In this document: positions 61,868-64,000 of the stretch, one piece after another | Layout of the letters: each line of letters begins with the position of its first letter | Numbering within the stretch: position 1 is the stretch's first letter | Assembly (NCBI GenBank): GCA_963755715.1 | Contig: CAVWLW010000025.1 | Coordinates: 32,001 to 96,000, forward strand | Direction: 5' to 3' | DNA from: an uncultured delta proteobacterium | GTDB taxonomy: Bacteria; Desulfobacterota; Binatia; UBA9968 | DNA: 64,000 bases | Made by a program: the position numbers and the translations under genes | Notes under the pieces: model-generated | What the model saw: only the letters and a program-made list of their open reading frames with translations | The model's database searches: none | What the model was told of the DNA's origin: nothing

Positions 61868-62762
61868 TCAATTGTTCTGCGCCGCTAGCAATCGCAAAAT
61901 TTTCCCCAAATCTTTCGCCAGCGGCGCTGTCCATTCTCGCGGCTTTCCTTCAGTCTTGATCTTCAGTATTTCCGCGTGCAGAAACTGGCGCTTCAATCCG
62001 TATGCTTTGCGAAACCGTTTATTGAAACCGAAATCGCCGTGCTGGTCGTCCATGACGACCGGGTAGCCGAGCTTGGCGAAGTGTAGACGGATTTGGTGCA
62101 GGCGGCCGGTCTCGATGGCGGCGCGCACGAGAGTGACTTCGGAGAATTTTTTGACGACGCGATAGCGCGTGAGCGCGCGCACGGGATTACCTCCTCGCCC
62201 CGGCAAGCGGGAAGTCGATTTTGCCTTCGTTATTCGGTAGCCGCCCGACGAGCAGGCAGAGATATTCTTTTTCGACCGCGCCGGTTTCGAAGCAGCTTTC
62301 CAGTTCTTTGGCGCTCTCCGGATTCTTCGCAACCAACAGTAACCCCGAGGTATCTTTGTCGAGGCGATGCACGAGCTGCGGTTTTATGCCTCGGTCGCGA
62401 TACTGGGTTTCCAGAATCCCGAGCACCGATTCTTTTTTGCTGACGGTTTTGCCTTCGTGCACCGCAATGCCTGCGCGCTTGTTGAGCACGAGCAGCGCAT
62501 TGTCTTCGTAAATGATATCGAGCTTTGTCAGAGCGGGGCGTGGCTTGAACGTTTCGGCAGGCTTTTCGAAATCGATATAAAGCTGGATCCGGTCACCAGC
62601 CCGGACTAAGTCCTCAGGCTTGGCGCGCCGGCCGTTGAGGCGCACGCTATTTTTTCGAAACAGCTTTCGAACGTAACCGATTGGGAACTGTTTTTTTAGG
62701 AAGTTCTCGAGCTTTTTGACCGTCTCATTGTTCGGCAGGGCGATTTCGCGCATGACCTTCAA
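61868..62762 (-). CDS. RluA/C/D family pseudouridine synthase with S4 domain; frameshift near 62206
   Basis: HRLDKDTSG, TGRLHQIR and QFLHA split over ORFs 62187-62762 and 61868-62332. Confidence 0.92.
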
Positions 62763-62897
62763 ACAAATACCGGCAGAAACCGATGGCAGTCAAGGCTAGG
62801 CGGCGCCAATATTTGCAATTCTCTAGTTGTTAAGCTAGGTTACGTGGATGGCGCCAAGGCATTCAGCCTTGTTGGTCCGCGCCGGGCGAGGTTGTCA

Positions 62898-63976
62898 TTG
62901 AGTCGTAATGAGTCGGTCGATGTTCTTAGACAAAAAATCGATCAAATTGATGCTAAAGTCGTTAACCTGCTAAATGATCGGGCTTCTCTGGCGCAGAGGA
63001 TTGGCCAAACCAAGAGCCTAAGCAGTCAAGAGGTTTACGTCCCCCATCGGGAGAAAGAAATTCTCCAAAGGGTCCGTGATTTAAATCGCGGGCCCCTCTC
63101 AGCGCAAGTCGTCGCGGCGGTTTTTCGGGAAATCATTTCCGGTTGTCGTTCGCTGGAAGAGCCGTTGCGCGTGGCTTTCTTCGGAGCCGAAGCAACTTAT
63201 ACCCATCTGGCCGCTCGAGAGAAATTCGGTTCCTCAGCCGACCTGCGATCGACGGCCAGCATCCCGGAAGTCTTTCAGGAAGTCAGCCAGGGCAGAGCGA
63301 CCTTCGGCGTGGTGCCGATCGAGAACTCGACCGAAGGCGCGGTCACGCATACTTTTGATTTACTGGTCGATTCCGACTTGCAGATTTGCGCGGAAATATA
63401 TTTGGACATTCATCACAATTTGCTTTCCCGCTCGGGCAAAGGACGCTGACGTGCAGCGAATTATTTCCCATCCTCAGGCATTGGCGCAGTGCCGCGGGAT
63501 GGTTGGCGCGGCGCTTCCCTTCGATCCCGGTCGACGAAGTCGCGAGCACCGCCCACGCCGCGATGAAGGCCGCGAAAGACGGCTCCTTGGCGGCGATTTC
63601 AAGCGCCATGGCCAAGGAAGTTTACAATCTGCAAACAGTCGCGGCCAATATCGAGGACCAGAGCAATAATATTACTCGCTTTGTGGTGATCGGTAAGATG
63701 CGCACGAAGCCGAGCAGGGACGACAAGACGTCATTGGTATTTTCCGTCCAAGACAAACCGGGCGTGCTGCATCAGATGCTGCAACCTTTTGCGCGCAGCC
63801 GTATTAACCTGACCAAAATCGAATCACGGCCGATCAAAAACAAACCGTGGGAATATCTGTTTTTTCTCGATATGCGCGGCCACCGCGAGCAGAGCGCGGT
63901 AAAAAAAGCGATCGCCGGATTAGAGAAGAATTGCCTGTTTCTGAAAATCTTGGGGTCCTATCCGAGCGGCAAATGA
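62898..63976 (+). CDS. pheA: Chorismate mutase/prephenate dehydratase; frameshifts near 63439 and 63498
   Basis: LRQKIDQID, VPIENSTEG, SHPQALAQC, TRF and NLTKIESRP. Confidence 0.95.
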
Positions 63977-64000
63977 AAATCGTCGATCAAGTGCCGGAAT
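63973..64000 (+). CDS. Start of the next gene (MKIVDQVPE...), possibly histidinol-phosphate aminotransferase
   Basis: ATG overlaps the pheA stop (ATGA). The identity is guessed only from the common pheA-hisC order; nine codons are visible. Confidence 0.35.

Overview
GC-rich Gram-negative bacterial chromosome segment. Gene content and order look deltaproteobacterial; Binatia/Desulfobacterota-like is my inference and is not verified. Most of the window is core genome: hisS-aspS, cofH and def; an Rrf2-led SUF Fe-S operon that lacks sufB and ends in two DUF59 proteins plus an atypical truncated globin; metF and lysS; a 28 kb envelope cluster (lolE/D, bamA, skp, lpxD-fabZ-lpxA-lpxI-gnnA-lpxB-msbA-waaA-lpxK, LPS core glycosyltransferases and three LPS-type kinases); then yicC-gmk-relA/spoT, rpmB, an orphan UbiD, a signal-peptide DUF151-PDZ fusion, mutL-miaA, a CobW fusion and pheA. 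One accessory region (about 5.8-13.0 kb) is a mosaic of gene fragments, mobile-element scars and sigma54-type promoters driving small unannotated proteins. About 17 single-base frameshifts, several in essential genes, are most likely long-read consensus errors. I saw no tRNA, rRNA, CRISPR array, intact transposase or integrase. The best candidates for undescribed biology are the SufB-less SUF operon with its odd globin, the exported DUF151-PDZ protein, the CobW fused to a Cys-rich domain, the sigma54-driven 47 aa lipopeptide and a 3x9 bp palindromic intergenic element. All functional calls come from motif recognition only; no database search was run.
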